The notes below the pieces were generated by a model. That model searched no databases and had not been told where the DNA came from. It was given only the letters and a program-made list of their open reading frames with translations. The position numbers and the translations under genes are program-made. This document shows, one piece after another, positions 47,981 through 56,928 of a DNA stretch of 64,000 nucleotides. Source of the stretch: a bacterium (GTDB taxonomy: Bacteria > Patescibacteriota > Minisyncoccia > JAUYLV01); NCBI GenBank assembly GCA_030649025.1, contig JAUSGO010000004.1, positions 6,824-70,823 on the forward strand, in the 5' to 3' direction. Numbering within the stretch: position 1 is the stretch's first letter; the number at the start of each line of letters is the position of its first letter.

Positions 47981-48286
47981 ATGCGAATCAAAAAAGGAGA
48001 CACTATAAAAATGATTTCGGGAAAAGACCGGGGGAGAACGGGAAAGGTTTTACGTACCGATCCTCACAAGGAACGCGTTGCGATCGAAGGACTGAATATG
48101 ATAAAAAAACATCTCCGACCGCGCAAACAGGGAGAGAAGGGACAGATAGCGACCATACCGTCCCTGGTACACGTTTCAAAAGTGATTATTATTTGCTCGA
48201 AGTGCGGGAAAGAGACCCGCATCGGATACGGCGGAACAGAGGGAAGAAAGCACCGAATCTGTAAAAAATGCGGCAGCGAGATTTGA
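47981..48286 (+). CDS. rplX: 50S ribosomal protein L24, zinc-ribbon variant
   Basis: KOW N-terminus GKDRGRTGKVL. The C-terminus reads CSKCGKETRIGYGGTEGRKHRICKKCGSEI, i.e. CxxC...CxxC replacing the usual DPKTG...RIAKKSG. Confidence 0.9.
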   Translation: MRIKKGDTIKMISGKDRGRTGKVLRTDPHKERVAIEGLNMIKKHLRPRKQGEKGQIATIPSLVHVSKVIIICSKCGKETRIGYGGTEGRKHRICKKCGSEI

Positions 48287-48359
48287 TAGGGGGCCGATGG
48301 CCTATAAGAACAAGAAAACAAGCAAAAATCTTTTTCTATAAGCTCTATACCATAAGTCC

Positions 48360-48917
48360 ATGATGTCATTATTCGAAAAATATAAAAAACAAGTTGTGCC
48401 GGCGATGCAAGAAAAGCTCGGTCTGAGAAACGCTTTGGCGCTTCCCGCCATTGAAAAAGTTACAGTGAATTCGGGAATAGGAAAATTTCTTAAAGATCCA
48501 AAAATCCTCGATGACATTGAACGAGATCTTACCCGCATTATTGGGCAAAAACCCATGCGCACAAAAACAAAAAAAGCCATAGCTTCATTCAAGACGAGAC
48601 AGGGCATGGAAATTGGTTTTAAGGCCACGCTCCGCGGACGACGCATGTGGGATTTTCTGGAGCGCCTTATCGGAATTGCGCTTCCCAGAACCCGAGATTT
48701 TCGAGGAATTCCGGATACCTCTTTTGACAAGGACGGCAATCTTTCCATCGGCATTCGGGAACATATCGTATTTCCGGAAACTTCAGGGGATGACGTGAAG
48801 ACTATTTTTGGCTTCCAGGCGGTTTTGACCACCAAGGTCCACAAAAAAGAGGATGGCGTCTTGCTGCTCAAATTGTTAGGATTTCCCATAACAAGCATTA
48901 AAAATACAAAATCCTAA
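48360..48917 (+). CDS. rplE: 50S ribosomal protein L5
   Basis: LPAIEKVTVNSGIGKF... Confidence 0.93.
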   Translation: MMSLFEKYKKQVVPAMQEKLGLRNALALPAIEKVTVNSGIGKFLKDPKILDDIERDLTRIIGQKPMRTKTKKAIASFKTRQGMEIGFKATLRGRRMWDFLERLIGIALPRTRDFRGIPDTSFDKDGNLSIGIREHIVFPETSGDDVKTIFGFQAVLTTKVHKKEDGVLLLKLLGFPITSIKNTKS

Positions 48918-48964
48918 ATATTCGGAATATAACCACCCGCATTCGTTAGTTTTAATTTGAGGGT

Positions 48965-49150
48965 ATGGCAAAAAAATCCCAAATTGCACGAGCAAAAAAG
49001 AAACCGAAGTTCTCTACGCGAATCGTGCGCAGATGTTTCCGTTGCGGACGGCGGCGGGGATATTTGAGGGATTTTAACTTGTGCAGAATCTGTTTCAGGG
49101 AGCTGGCGCGCAAAGGCGAGGTTCCGGGTATACGGAAATCTTCCTGGTAG
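48965..49150 (+). CDS. rpsN: 30S ribosomal protein S14 type Z (zinc-binding)
   Basis: 61 aa with CFRCG...CRIC. Confidence 0.93.
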   Translation: MAKKSQIARAKKKPKFSTRIVRRCFRCGRRRGYLRDFNLCRICFRELARKGEVPGIRKSSW

Positions 49151-49229
49151 CCGGTGAGAACAATCTAATTATTTTCTTCTTTCAATTCCGTTTTCATCAG
49201 TTCATAAGGAGACTCTAACATTTATTTTT

Positions 49230-49616
49230 ATGGACCCCATCGCAGATCTACTGACGTGCATTCGAAATGCAAATGCAGTAGGAAATCCCGTAGCAGTTAT
49301 TCCGTTTTCAAAATTATCGTTCGCCATCGCGGAAGTTTTGGCGCACAAGAAATGGATTGACGGCGTGACAAAGCCGGGGAAGAAGGCAAAAAAGACCCTC
49401 GAGATTGCGCTCAAATATTCCGGCAAGACTCCCGCCATAACCGGTGTTCGCAGAATTTCCAAGCTCGGAAAACGCGTATATAAAGGATGGAAAACGCTAC
49501 GTCCAGTACGCCAAGGATATGGGATGGCGCTTATTTCAACTCCACAGGGACTTCTTACCGACACGGAGGCAAGAAAATTAAAAGTAGGAGGAGAGGTATT
49601 ATTAGAAATCTGGTAA
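49230..49616 (+). CDS. rpsH: 30S ribosomal protein S8
   Basis: MDPIADLLTCIRNANAVGN. Confidence 0.95.
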   Translation: MDPIADLLTCIRNANAVGNPVAVIPFSKLSFAIAEVLAHKKWIDGVTKPGKKAKKTLEIALKYSGKTPAITGVRRISKLGKRVYKGWKTLRPVRQGYGMALISTPQGLLTDTEARKLKVGGEVLLEIW

Positions 49617-49860
49617 GGGCTTTGTCTGCGTTTCGGAGCGCCTTTGTCGCGAACGAAACGCAGGAACAAAACCTTACCCCCTCACTCATCCCGGCAAGAC
49701 ATTCTCGATGTATGTAGCTGGAAAGGCGAAGCCGCCTTCGGCTCTCGGCCCTATATATCGAAAAGCTCTCGTAAGGATGAGTGAGGGGGTGCTCACTGTT
49801 GTAGCTAAAAATCATTCGCTCAACATTGGGTCTCGCTCATAATTTTTAGACAACATTGGC
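49617..49860 (+). other. 244-nt structured spacer between rpsH and rplF, with a 15-bp perfect inverted repeat (49677-49691 / 49775-49789) and additional hairpins; candidate cis-regulatory RNA or ncRNA
   Basis: CCCCCTCACTCATCC ... GGATGAGTGAGGGGG enclosing 83 nt. A 10-bp hairpin CTGCGTTTCG/CGAAACGCAG lies just after the rpsH stop. CAACATTGG is repeated twice before the rplF ATG. Confidence 0.45.
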
Positions 49861-50409
49861 ATGTCAAGAATCGGAAAACAACCCATTAAGATCCCCGCCG
49901 ACATTAACGTTGAAATTCTGGGCAACGTTGTTAAAGTTATGGGCTCCAAGGGAACGCTCAAACGCCTTTTGCATGACGAAATTCACGCCGAGTTTCGGGA
50001 TCACATGTTGTATGTTACGCCCAGCTTCCAGACAAAACGCACTGCGGCGCTCTGGGGCTTGGAACGGGCACTTTTAGCCAATATTGTTCATGGTGTTGCG
50101 AATGGATATGAAAAGCGGTTAGAGCTGGAGGGGGTCGGATATCGCGTGCAATTGGTCAACGATAAAGAGCTTGCGCTTGCGCTCGGCTTTTCTCATCCCG
50201 TGACGGTTATTGCGCCGGAAGGCATTACCTTTAAGACAGAAAAAAATGTCATTATCGTCTCCGGGATAGATAAGGCGCTTGTGGGGCAAGTTGCCGCAAA
50301 CATTCGAGCAAAGAAACCCCCAGAACCCTATAAGGGCAAGGGCATACATTATATGGGAGAAGTTATTAGGAGAAAGGCCGGCAAAAAAGCCACTGCGGCA
50401 GCTAAATAA
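49861..50409 (+). CDS. rplF: 50S ribosomal protein L6
   Basis: MSRIGKQPIKIPADINVEI. Confidence 0.95.
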   Translation: MSRIGKQPIKIPADINVEILGNVVKVMGSKGTLKRLLHDEIHAEFRDHMLYVTPSFQTKRTAALWGLERALLANIVHGVANGYEKRLELEGVGYRVQLVNDKELALALGFSHPVTVIAPEGITFKTEKNVIIVSGIDKALVGQVAANIRAKKPPEPYKGKGIHYMGEVIRRKAGKKATAAAK

Positions 50410-50494
50410 AGCCTTTAGCCGATTAGCCCACTAGTTTCCTAGGAATAATAACCTAGTTGATCTAATAGGCTCATAGGCTAGTAAGCTAAACACC

Positions 50495-50872
50495 TTGAGG
50501 AAGAATCGTGCAAAACACAATATACTCATGCGTACGCGCAGGCATGGGCGCATTCGCGGCAAAATACAGGGGACCGCGGATCGGCCAAGGCTCTCCGTGT
50601 TCCGTTCCGCAAAACATCTCGCCCTTCAACTTATAGATGATGAGGCTCAAAGAACGATTGTTGGGATTACCGACGAGAAGAAAACTAAAAAAATAAACAA
50701 GGGCTCTGGGGCGGCAAAAGTTGAAAAGGCGAGGGCGGCCGGCAAAGTGCTGGCGGAAAAGGCTTTGGCAAAGGGGATTAAAAAAGTGGTATTTGATAGA
50801 GGCGGTTATGCGTATCATGGAAGGGTTCGGGCGGTTGCGGAGGGCGCAAGAGAAGGAGGACTTCAGTTTTGA
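50495..50872 (+). CDS. rplR: 50S ribosomal protein L18
   Basis: L18 consensus; 125 aa. Confidence 0.93.
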   Translation: MRKNRAKHNILMRTRRHGRIRGKIQGTADRPRLSVFRSAKHLALQLIDDEAQRTIVGITDEKKTKKINKGSGAAKVEKARAAGKVLAEKALAKGIKKVVFDRGGYAYHGRVRAVAEGAREGGLQF

Positions 50873-50995
50873 AAATCAAAAGTCAAAAATCAAAAGTCAA
50901 AAATCAAAATTAAGGAGCGAAAGTTTCTCTTGCAAGAAAAACTTTCACGATATTCCCAAGTTTTGCATTTTGAGTTTTGCATTTTGAATTTGTAA
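50869..50995. repeat. ~125-nt intergenic repeat element, copy B (between rplR and rpsE)
   Basis: About 85% identical to 26822-26930; starts at the rplR stop and ends at the rpsE ATG. Confidence 0.85.
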
Positions 50996-50996
50996 A

Positions 50997-51488
50997 ATGG
51001 CCAGACAACAACATCGGCAAGAAAAACAAAAAGGCGAGTTTGAACAAAAAACACTCGAAGTCAGCCGCGTGACACGCGTCGTTGAAGGCGGAAAGCGTTT
51101 TTCTTTTCGCGCTGCGCTGGTTATCGGCGATCTCAGGGGGCGCGTAGCTTTGGGTGTCGCAAAGGGCGCCGACGTCTCGCTTGCCATTGAGAAGGCGGCA
51201 TTCCGCGCGAAGAAAGATCTTTTTTCCGTTCCGCTCACGAAGGAGGGGTCTATTTCTCATGAGGTGCGTGCGAAATACGGCAGCGCCAAGGTCTTGTTAA
51301 AGCCGGCGGCAGAGGGCCGCGGTATTGTGGCTGGTGGCGCCATGCGCACGGTATGCGCGCTTTCGGGAATTCGACATGTAACCGGGAAAATACTTAATTC
51401 TACAAACAAGATAAACATTGCGCGGGCCACCATTGCGGCGCTCAGACAACTTAGACCGTCAAAAGAGCAAACAACAAAAAACAAATAA
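50997..51488 (+). CDS. rpsE: 30S ribosomal protein S5
   Basis: ...VTRVVEGGKRFSFRAALVIGDLRGRVALGVAKGADV. Confidence 0.95.
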   Translation: MARQQHRQEKQKGEFEQKTLEVSRVTRVVEGGKRFSFRAALVIGDLRGRVALGVAKGADVSLAIEKAAFRAKKDLFSVPLTKEGSISHEVRAKYGSAKVLLKPAAEGRGIVAGGAMRTVCALSGIRHVTGKILNSTNKINIARATIAALRQLRPSKEQTTKNK

Positions 51489-51503
51489 CAGGCTTCAGCC
51501 GCT

Positions 51504-51531
51504 TGCTATTTGCCATCTGCTGTTTGCTATC
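51504..51531 (+). repeat. 4x heptamer tandem array TGCTATT/TGCCATC/TGCTGTT/TGCTATC ending 5 nt (CGTTA) before the rplO ATG
   Basis: Direct reading; same family as the array before tuf. There is no L30 gene between rpsE and rplO. Confidence 0.8.
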
Positions 51532-51536
51532 CGTTA

Positions 51537-51971
51537 ATGCAGCTGCATAATCTTTCGGGAAAGAAAAACAAAAAAAAGCGAGTTGGTCGCGGCGGGAAAC
51601 GCGGTACATATTCGGGTCGTGGCGGCAAGGGGCAGACCGCGCGAGCGGGGCATCGGATACGGCCGGCAATTCGAGATTATCTCAAGCAGATTCCCAAGCG
51701 TCGCGGGCGGCACAAACATGGTTTTATAAGCGTTCAACGCAAGCCGGCAATAGTGTCCCTTAGAGATATCGAGAAGGTTTTCACGGTCGGCGAAACGGTG
51801 AGTCCAAAGACTCTTACGCAAAAGAGCCTGGTATTTCCTTTTGGTTCGATAATGCCGAAAGTCAAAATTCTTGACGGAGGAAAGCTTGGCAAAAGCCTTG
51901 TTGTGCGAGGTTGTGCGGTGTCGGCAAGCGCAAGAAAGGCCATAGAGGCAGTTGGCGGCAAAGTTCTCTAG
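51537..51971 (+). CDS. rplO: 50S ribosomal protein L15
   Basis: MQLHNLSGKKNKKKRVGRGGKRG; internal Met of the track ORF. Confidence 0.93.
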   Translation: MQLHNLSGKKNKKKRVGRGGKRGTYSGRGGKGQTARAGHRIRPAIRDYLKQIPKRRGRHKHGFISVQRKPAIVSLRDIEKVFTVGETVSPKTLTQKSLVFPFGSIMPKVKILDGGKLGKSLVVRGCAVSASARKAIEAVGGKVL

Positions 51972-52021
51972 TATTAAGAATTTGTATGTTAAAATAGGCT
52001 GGCATATCAGCGACCGCTCTC

Positions 52022-53293
52022 ATGGAAAAGATTCTTCAACTTTTTAGAGCAAAAGATCTGCGCGACAAACTGCTATACATCGCGGCGCTTCTTACGGTAT
52101 TCCGGATTGCTTCGGCGATTCCCGTTCCCGGAGTTGACATAGCCCGCCTTAAGCGTTTTTTCGAGGATAATCAGGTTTTTGGGCTTTTCAATTTATTTTC
52201 TGGGGGCGCGCTTTCAAACTTTTCATTGGTCATGCTTGGGGTCGGTCCGTATATTACCGCCTCCATCATTATGCAGCTCCTTACCATGATTTTTCCGAAA
52301 CTGAAAGAAATGTATCAGGAAGGAGGAGAAATGGGGCGTCAAAAATTTAATCAGTATTCCCGCCTGCTTACGGTTCCCCTTGCGGTCTTGCAGGCTTACG
52401 GCACCATCACACTTCTGCAGAATCAGCAGGTGGTGGTCCCACTCCAGCCGCTCACGCTTGTTACCACGATATGCACCATAGCAGCCGGAAGCCTTCTTTT
52501 GATGTGGCTTGGCGAGCTTATTTCGGAAAAGGGCATGGGGAACGGCGTCTCTCTTATTATTTTTGCGGGCATCGTGGCGGGCATTCCCTCGTCAATTCAA
52601 CAAACGCTTCTTTCGGGGAATGCGGGTTCAAACATTCCCCTCTATGTTGTTCTTGCGGTCGTTACCGTAGTGGTTATTGCGGCGGTTGCGTTTATAACCG
52701 AAGCGGAACGGCTCATACCCGTTACCTATGCAAAACGAGTGCGGGGCATGAAAATGTTCGGCGGCGCCTCTACATACTTGCCGCTACGCATAAACCAGGC
52801 CGGTGTCATACCCATTATTTTCGCGCTTTCCATTATGCTGTTCCCCGGCATGATCGCAAGCTTTTTTTCGCAATCTTCTGTTCCCTGGATCGCAAGCGTC
52901 GCACACTTTATGGCGGGGCTTTTCACCGATCAGAAGATATACGGAATAGTTTATTTTCTGCTTATTATACTCTTCACATATTTCTATACCGCAGTGACGT
53001 TCGAACCCCACCAGATAGCAGAGAATGTGCAGAAACAGGGGGGGTTCATTCCCGGCATCCGCCCGGGGAAGCCAACAGCGGATTATTTTGCGTATATCAT
53101 CAACCGCGTCACGCTTGCCGGAGCGGTGTTTTTGGGTATTATTGCGATTCTACCCTTTATACTACAGGCCGCAACCGGGCTTTCCGCGCTCACCATAGGC
53201 GGCACCGCAGTGCTTATCGTGGTCTCCGTGGTTTTGGAGAGCATGAAGGCGGTGAAAGCACAGCTTACGATGCGGCAATACGAGTCATTCTAA
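52022..53293 (+). CDS. secY: preprotein translocase subunit SecY
   Basis: 10-TM SecY; 423 aa. Confidence 0.95.
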   Translation: MEKILQLFRAKDLRDKLLYIAALLTVFRIASAIPVPGVDIARLKRFFEDNQVFGLFNLFSGGALSNFSLVMLGVGPYITASIIMQLLTMIFPKLKEMYQEGGEMGRQKFNQYSRLLTVPLAVLQAYGTITLLQNQQVVVPLQPLTLVTTICTIAAGSLLLMWLGELISEKGMGNGVSLIIFAGIVAGIPSSIQQTLLSGNAGSNIPLYVVLAVVTVVVIAAVAFITEAERLIPVTYAKRVRGMKMFGGASTYLPLRINQAGVIPIIFALSIMLFPGMIASFFSQSSVPWIASVAHFMAGLFTDQKIYGIVYFLLIILFTYFYTAVTFEPHQIAENVQKQGGFIPGIRPGKPTADYFAYIINRVTLAGAVFLGIIAILPFILQAATGLSALTIGGTAVLIVVSVVLESMKAVKAQLTMRQYESF

Positions 53294-53377
53294 AGGCTTA
53301 TAGCTTTTGGCCCATAGCTCATAGGTTTCATGCGGCTACCACGATTCTTCCTGTCGGCTATTAATCATTAGTTATCG

Positions 53378-54037
53378 GTGATCAGTTTGGATATGCCGTT
53401 AACCGTTATTTTTCTCGGGAAGGCCGGAGCGGGCAAAGGAACCCAGGGGCACCTGCTCGAGCAAAAAATTAAGATGAAAGTCGTCGGCACCGGAGACCTA
53501 CTCCGAGCGTTTACGGCTCTTGATATACCTGCGGCGCGGCGTATTGAAAAAGAGGTCTTGCTTGCGGGCAAACTTGCGCCTTCATGGTTTGTGAGCTACT
53601 TATGGATGCACGAGGTGCTTCATGCCGAACCCAAAGAAAGCATTCTTTTTGACGGCAGTCCGCGCATGCTCCCTGAGGCGCTCCTTATAGACGATGTGCT
53701 TGATTGGAATGGCCGCATACCCCCCAAAGTCTTTCTATTGGACATTAGCGACGAAGAGGCAACGCGGCGGCTGCTTTCGCGAAAAATGTGCGAAATGTGT
53801 AAAAAGATCTATCAGGGAGATTCTGCCGAGGTTGTATCTGGGGTGTGTCCGTGCGGTGGAAAACTTGTAAAACGTCGTGATGATGTTCCGAAGGCCATCC
53901 AGAGCCGCCTGGCGTATTTCAAGACGGATGTTGTGCCGGTGATTGAACATTATCAAAAAAAAGAATGGCTCATCCGTATCAATGGCGAACAGTCGCCAGA
54001 GAAGGTGCACGAAGACATTCTTAAGCATCTTGGTTAG
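53378..54037 (+). CDS. adk: adenylate kinase with a zinc-binding lid
   Basis: P-loop GKAGAGKGTQ; lid CEMCKK...CPCGG. Confidence 0.93.
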   Translation: MISLDMPLTVIFLGKAGAGKGTQGHLLEQKIKMKVVGTGDLLRAFTALDIPAARRIEKEVLLAGKLAPSWFVSYLWMHEVLHAEPKESILFDGSPRMLPEALLIDDVLDWNGRIPPKVFLLDISDEEATRRLLSRKMCEMCKKIYQGDSAEVVSGVCPCGGKLVKRRDDVPKAIQSRLAYFKTDVVPVIEHYQKKEWLIRINGEQSPEKVHEDILKHLG

Positions 54038-54040
54038 TCG

Positions 54041-54063
54041 GTTAACGAATTTGCGAGTTAACG
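54041..54063. promoter_or_regulatory. second copy of the 23-nt GTTAACG hairpin motif (GTTAACGAATTTGCGAGTTAACG), preceding the 4x octamer array before map
   Basis: 21/23 identity to 44965-44987. Confidence 0.6.
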
Positions 54064-54072
54064 CGTTATTTT

Positions 54073-54104
54073 AACCCGTCAACCCGTCAACCCGTCAACC
54101 CGTT
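54073..54104 (+). repeat. 4x octamer tandem repeat AACCCGTC (last unit AACCCGTT) ending 5 nt before the map GTG start
   Basis: Direct reading. Same octamer family AAC(T/C)CGT(T/C) as the array before rpsS. Confidence 0.85.
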
Positions 54105-54109
54105 AATGG

Positions 54110-54871
54110 GTGTTTCAGCCCAAATCTCCACAGGAAATAGCGATAATGGCACGCGGCGGAGCGATACTCGCAAAAACATTCCGAAGGCTACGGCACGCGG
54201 CATATACGGGAATCACCACAAAAGAACTTGACGAGCTTGCGCGCAAGCTCGTTTTGTCATACGGCGCAAAGCCCGCGTTTCTCGGCTACGCATCGGGCGC
54301 TTCAGGTAAGAAATTCCCAGCATCTCTCTGCGTCTCGGTTGGCGATGAAGTTGTGCATGGTATTCCCGGAACTCGCTTCTTGAAAGATGGTGATATCGCG
54401 GGACTTGATCTGGGCGTACTGTACAATGGTTTTTATACGGATTCTGCGATTACGATAGGCATTGGCGCCATTTCAAAGAAAGCCCAGCGACTCATTGAGG
54501 TAACGGAGCGGGCGTTATATCTTGGCATTGACATGGCCCGCCTTGGCAATACTACTGGAGATATTGGGCAGGCGGTGCAGTCCTATGTGGAGGCACAGGG
54601 ATTTTCCGTTGTGCGGGATCTTGTGGGGCATGGCATAGGGAGGGAGCTTCACGAAGAACCTCAAGTCCCGAATTATGGGAAAGTGGACCGCGGTATAAAA
54701 CTTGAAGAAGGCATGGTGGTCGCCATTGAACCCATGGTGACCGAGGGCAGTTGGCAGGTTGTGCTTTCTCCGGACGGCTGGACGTATAAAACCGCGGACG
54801 GCTCTCTCTCGGCGCATTTTGAACACACCGTAGCAATCACCAAAAAAGGCCCGAGAATTCTTACGAAGTAA
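54110..54871 (+). CDS. map: methionine aminopeptidase type I
   Basis: GTG start; SPQEIAIMARGGAILAK; metal ligands D..D..H..E..E. Confidence 0.93.
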   Translation: MFQPKSPQEIAIMARGGAILAKTFRRLRHAAYTGITTKELDELARKLVLSYGAKPAFLGYASGASGKKFPASLCVSVGDEVVHGIPGTRFLKDGDIAGLDLGVLYNGFYTDSAITIGIGAISKKAQRLIEVTERALYLGIDMARLGNTTGDIGQAVQSYVEAQGFSVVRDLVGHGIGRELHEEPQVPNYGKVDRGIKLEEGMVVAIEPMVTEGSWQVVLSPDGWTYKTADGSLSAHFEHTVAITKKGPRILTK

Positions 54872-54946
54872 TCCCTCGTCAAGTGCGAGGGATTTTTGTA
54901 TAATAAATAAACACCCTACGATTTAGACATTAAATATTCTCTGCCT

Positions 54947-55759
54947 ATGCCCACCATCCCCTTTCTCTCCATTGTTATTCCCGCCTACAATGAGGAAAAG
55001 CGCATTGCCAATACGCTTCTTATTGTGGATAAGTACGTAAACTCCAAGCGGTTTAAGGACATTCTGCGCTCGGAAGGATACGTTCGGGACGGTGAAGGAT
55101 ATGAGATCGTCGTGGTGTCTGATGGCGCAAAAGACAATACCGTTAGCATCGCGACAAAATTCACCACACTTATTCGCAATCTGCGACTCATAGCTAATAA
55201 GGAGAACCACGGAAAAGGATACGTGGTGCGACAGGGAATGATGGAGGCAAAAGGATTGTATCGCCTTTTTACAGATGCGGATAATGCAACGCCGATCGAA
55301 GAAGTTGAAAAACTGCTTCCGTATCTCAAAGGAGTTAAGTGGAGCGTTGGCACGAGCAAGGATTTTTCTCAATACGACGTTTCCATCGGCTCAATAGGCC
55401 TCAAGGAAAGCTCCGTAGGGAAAGCAGAGCCCCTGCTTCGCGTGGTGCTGGGAAAGATGGCAAATTTTCTCATCCAGGTTGTTGCGGTATGGGGTATTCA
55501 TGACACGCAGCGCGGATTTAAGCTGTTCACGGCGCAAGCCGCGAAAGACATTTTTCCACGTCTTCGCATTGACCGATGGGCATTCGACATTGAAGCACTC
55601 GCTCTTGCGCGAAAACTCAACTATCGCATTAAAGAAGTGCCGGTGCGATGGTTCCACGATCCGGACAGCAAGGTTACGGCAAGCGCCTACATAAAGACAC
55701 TTTTTGAACTTTTCCGGATAAAGTGGCTTCTTATCACGAACGCACATATAAAAAAATAA
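54947..55759 (+). CDS. GT2-family glycosyltransferase (polyprenyl-phosphate sugar transferase-like)
   Basis: SIVIPAYNEE and DADNATP motifs. Confidence 0.8.
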   Translation: MPTIPFLSIVIPAYNEEKRIANTLLIVDKYVNSKRFKDILRSEGYVRDGEGYEIVVVSDGAKDNTVSIATKFTTLIRNLRLIANKENHGKGYVVRQGMMEAKGLYRLFTDADNATPIEEVEKLLPYLKGVKWSVGTSKDFSQYDVSIGSIGLKESSVGKAEPLLRVVLGKMANFLIQVVAVWGIHDTQRGFKLFTAQAAKDIFPRLRIDRWAFDIEALALARKLNYRIKEVPVRWFHDPDSKVTASAYIKTLFELFRIKWLLITNAHIKK

Positions 55760-55835
55760 TTTTCAATGAATCAATTTTCAAAGCGTCCTCCAAAATTTTT
55801 ATTTGAAAATTAAAAATTGAAAATTAAGAATTGTC

Positions 55836-56879
55836 TTGAAAGGTCCAGCGGTAAAAAAAGCACCCGGGACACTGGGGAGCAGTCGGTCTTCAGAGTTAAG
55901 GCAAGACCTTGTTTCTTTGGATTGGGTGACCATCGCCACGGGACGAGCAAGGCGTCCACACGCTTTTGCCGCGACAAAGGAGTTTGTTCATGATGACATT
56001 ACGACGTGCCCTTTTGAAGACTTGGAGAGATCGGGCAACGAGAAGCCGGCATTGGTGTATCGCGACAAGCGGCGCGACTGGTCGCTTGCCGTTGTCCCGA
56101 ATAAATATCCGGCCTTCACTAATGGCAGAACCGGATGCCCGCCGGTATTTCCCGTTGGGCCGCATCAGGTTATGGAAGGCATCGGGTTTCACGAGGTTTT
56201 TGTATTGCGCGACCACCTCAAACAACCGGCGGAACTTCCCGTAACGAAAGTTCGCGAGCTGCTGCACGCTTACATGGAACGGTACCGCGCTCTTAAGGGC
56301 GAAGGATGCGTGCGGTATATCTCAATATTCCATAATCACGGGAAAGATGCCGGCGCCTCACTGACTCATCCTCATTCACAGCTTATCGCCATTCCCGTTA
56401 TTCCTCCCGATGTACACAGAAGTCTTGAGGGGTCGGAACGATACTATTTGGGAGAGCGCAAATGCATACATTGCGTGATGCTTGAATACGAACGAAAAGA
56501 AAAAAAGCGCGTCGTGTTTGAAAACGACTGCATGATGGTTATAGCCCCCTATGCTTCACATTCGGCATTCGAGATGCGCATATTTCCCAAAGCCCATCAT
56601 CCGCACTTTGAGGCAATGAGCGGACAAGAGGAGCAGTGTGCGGCAGAGGCGCTTAAAGTGACCCTTTGGAAGCTTTTCCGGGGCCTCAAAAATCCCTCCT
56701 ACAATTACTTTGTACACACGGCCCCCCCGGCGACAGAACACGGCTCCGACCACTATCACTGGCATATCGAGATCGTTCCGAAGTCCCAGATTTGGGCCGG
56801 ATTTGAGATTGGTACCGGTATTGAAATTTCTGCTATTTCCCCGGAGGATGCCGCGACATTTCTTCGCTCTGTTAAATAA
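55836..56879 (+). CDS. galT: galactose-1-phosphate uridylyltransferase (HIT family)
   Basis: CPFE...KYPAF...HPHSQLIAIP (HxHxQ). TTG start; an alternative TTG at 55914. Confidence 0.8.
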   Translation: MKGPAVKKAPGTLGSSRSSELRQDLVSLDWVTIATGRARRPHAFAATKEFVHDDITTCPFEDLERSGNEKPALVYRDKRRDWSLAVVPNKYPAFTNGRTGCPPVFPVGPHQVMEGIGFHEVFVLRDHLKQPAELPVTKVRELLHAYMERYRALKGEGCVRYISIFHNHGKDAGASLTHPHSQLIAIPVIPPDVHRSLEGSERYYLGERKCIHCVMLEYERKEKKRVVFENDCMMVIAPYASHSAFEMRIFPKAHHPHFEAMSGQEEQCAAEALKVTLWKLFRGLKNPSYNYFVHTAPPATEHGSDHYHWHIEIVPKSQIWAGFEIGTGIEISAISPEDAATFLRSVK

Positions 56880-56928
56880 TGGGTTGAGTATTTTCCGGAG
56901 ATCTTCCACAGTGTGCCCGCCCCCGTGT

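Noticed and set aside
44093-54104. Short tandem repeats as a CRISPR array
   Set aside because: Units are only 7-8 nt and directly adjacent with no spacers, there are four copies each at different loci, and no cas genes are present. This is not CRISPR architecture.
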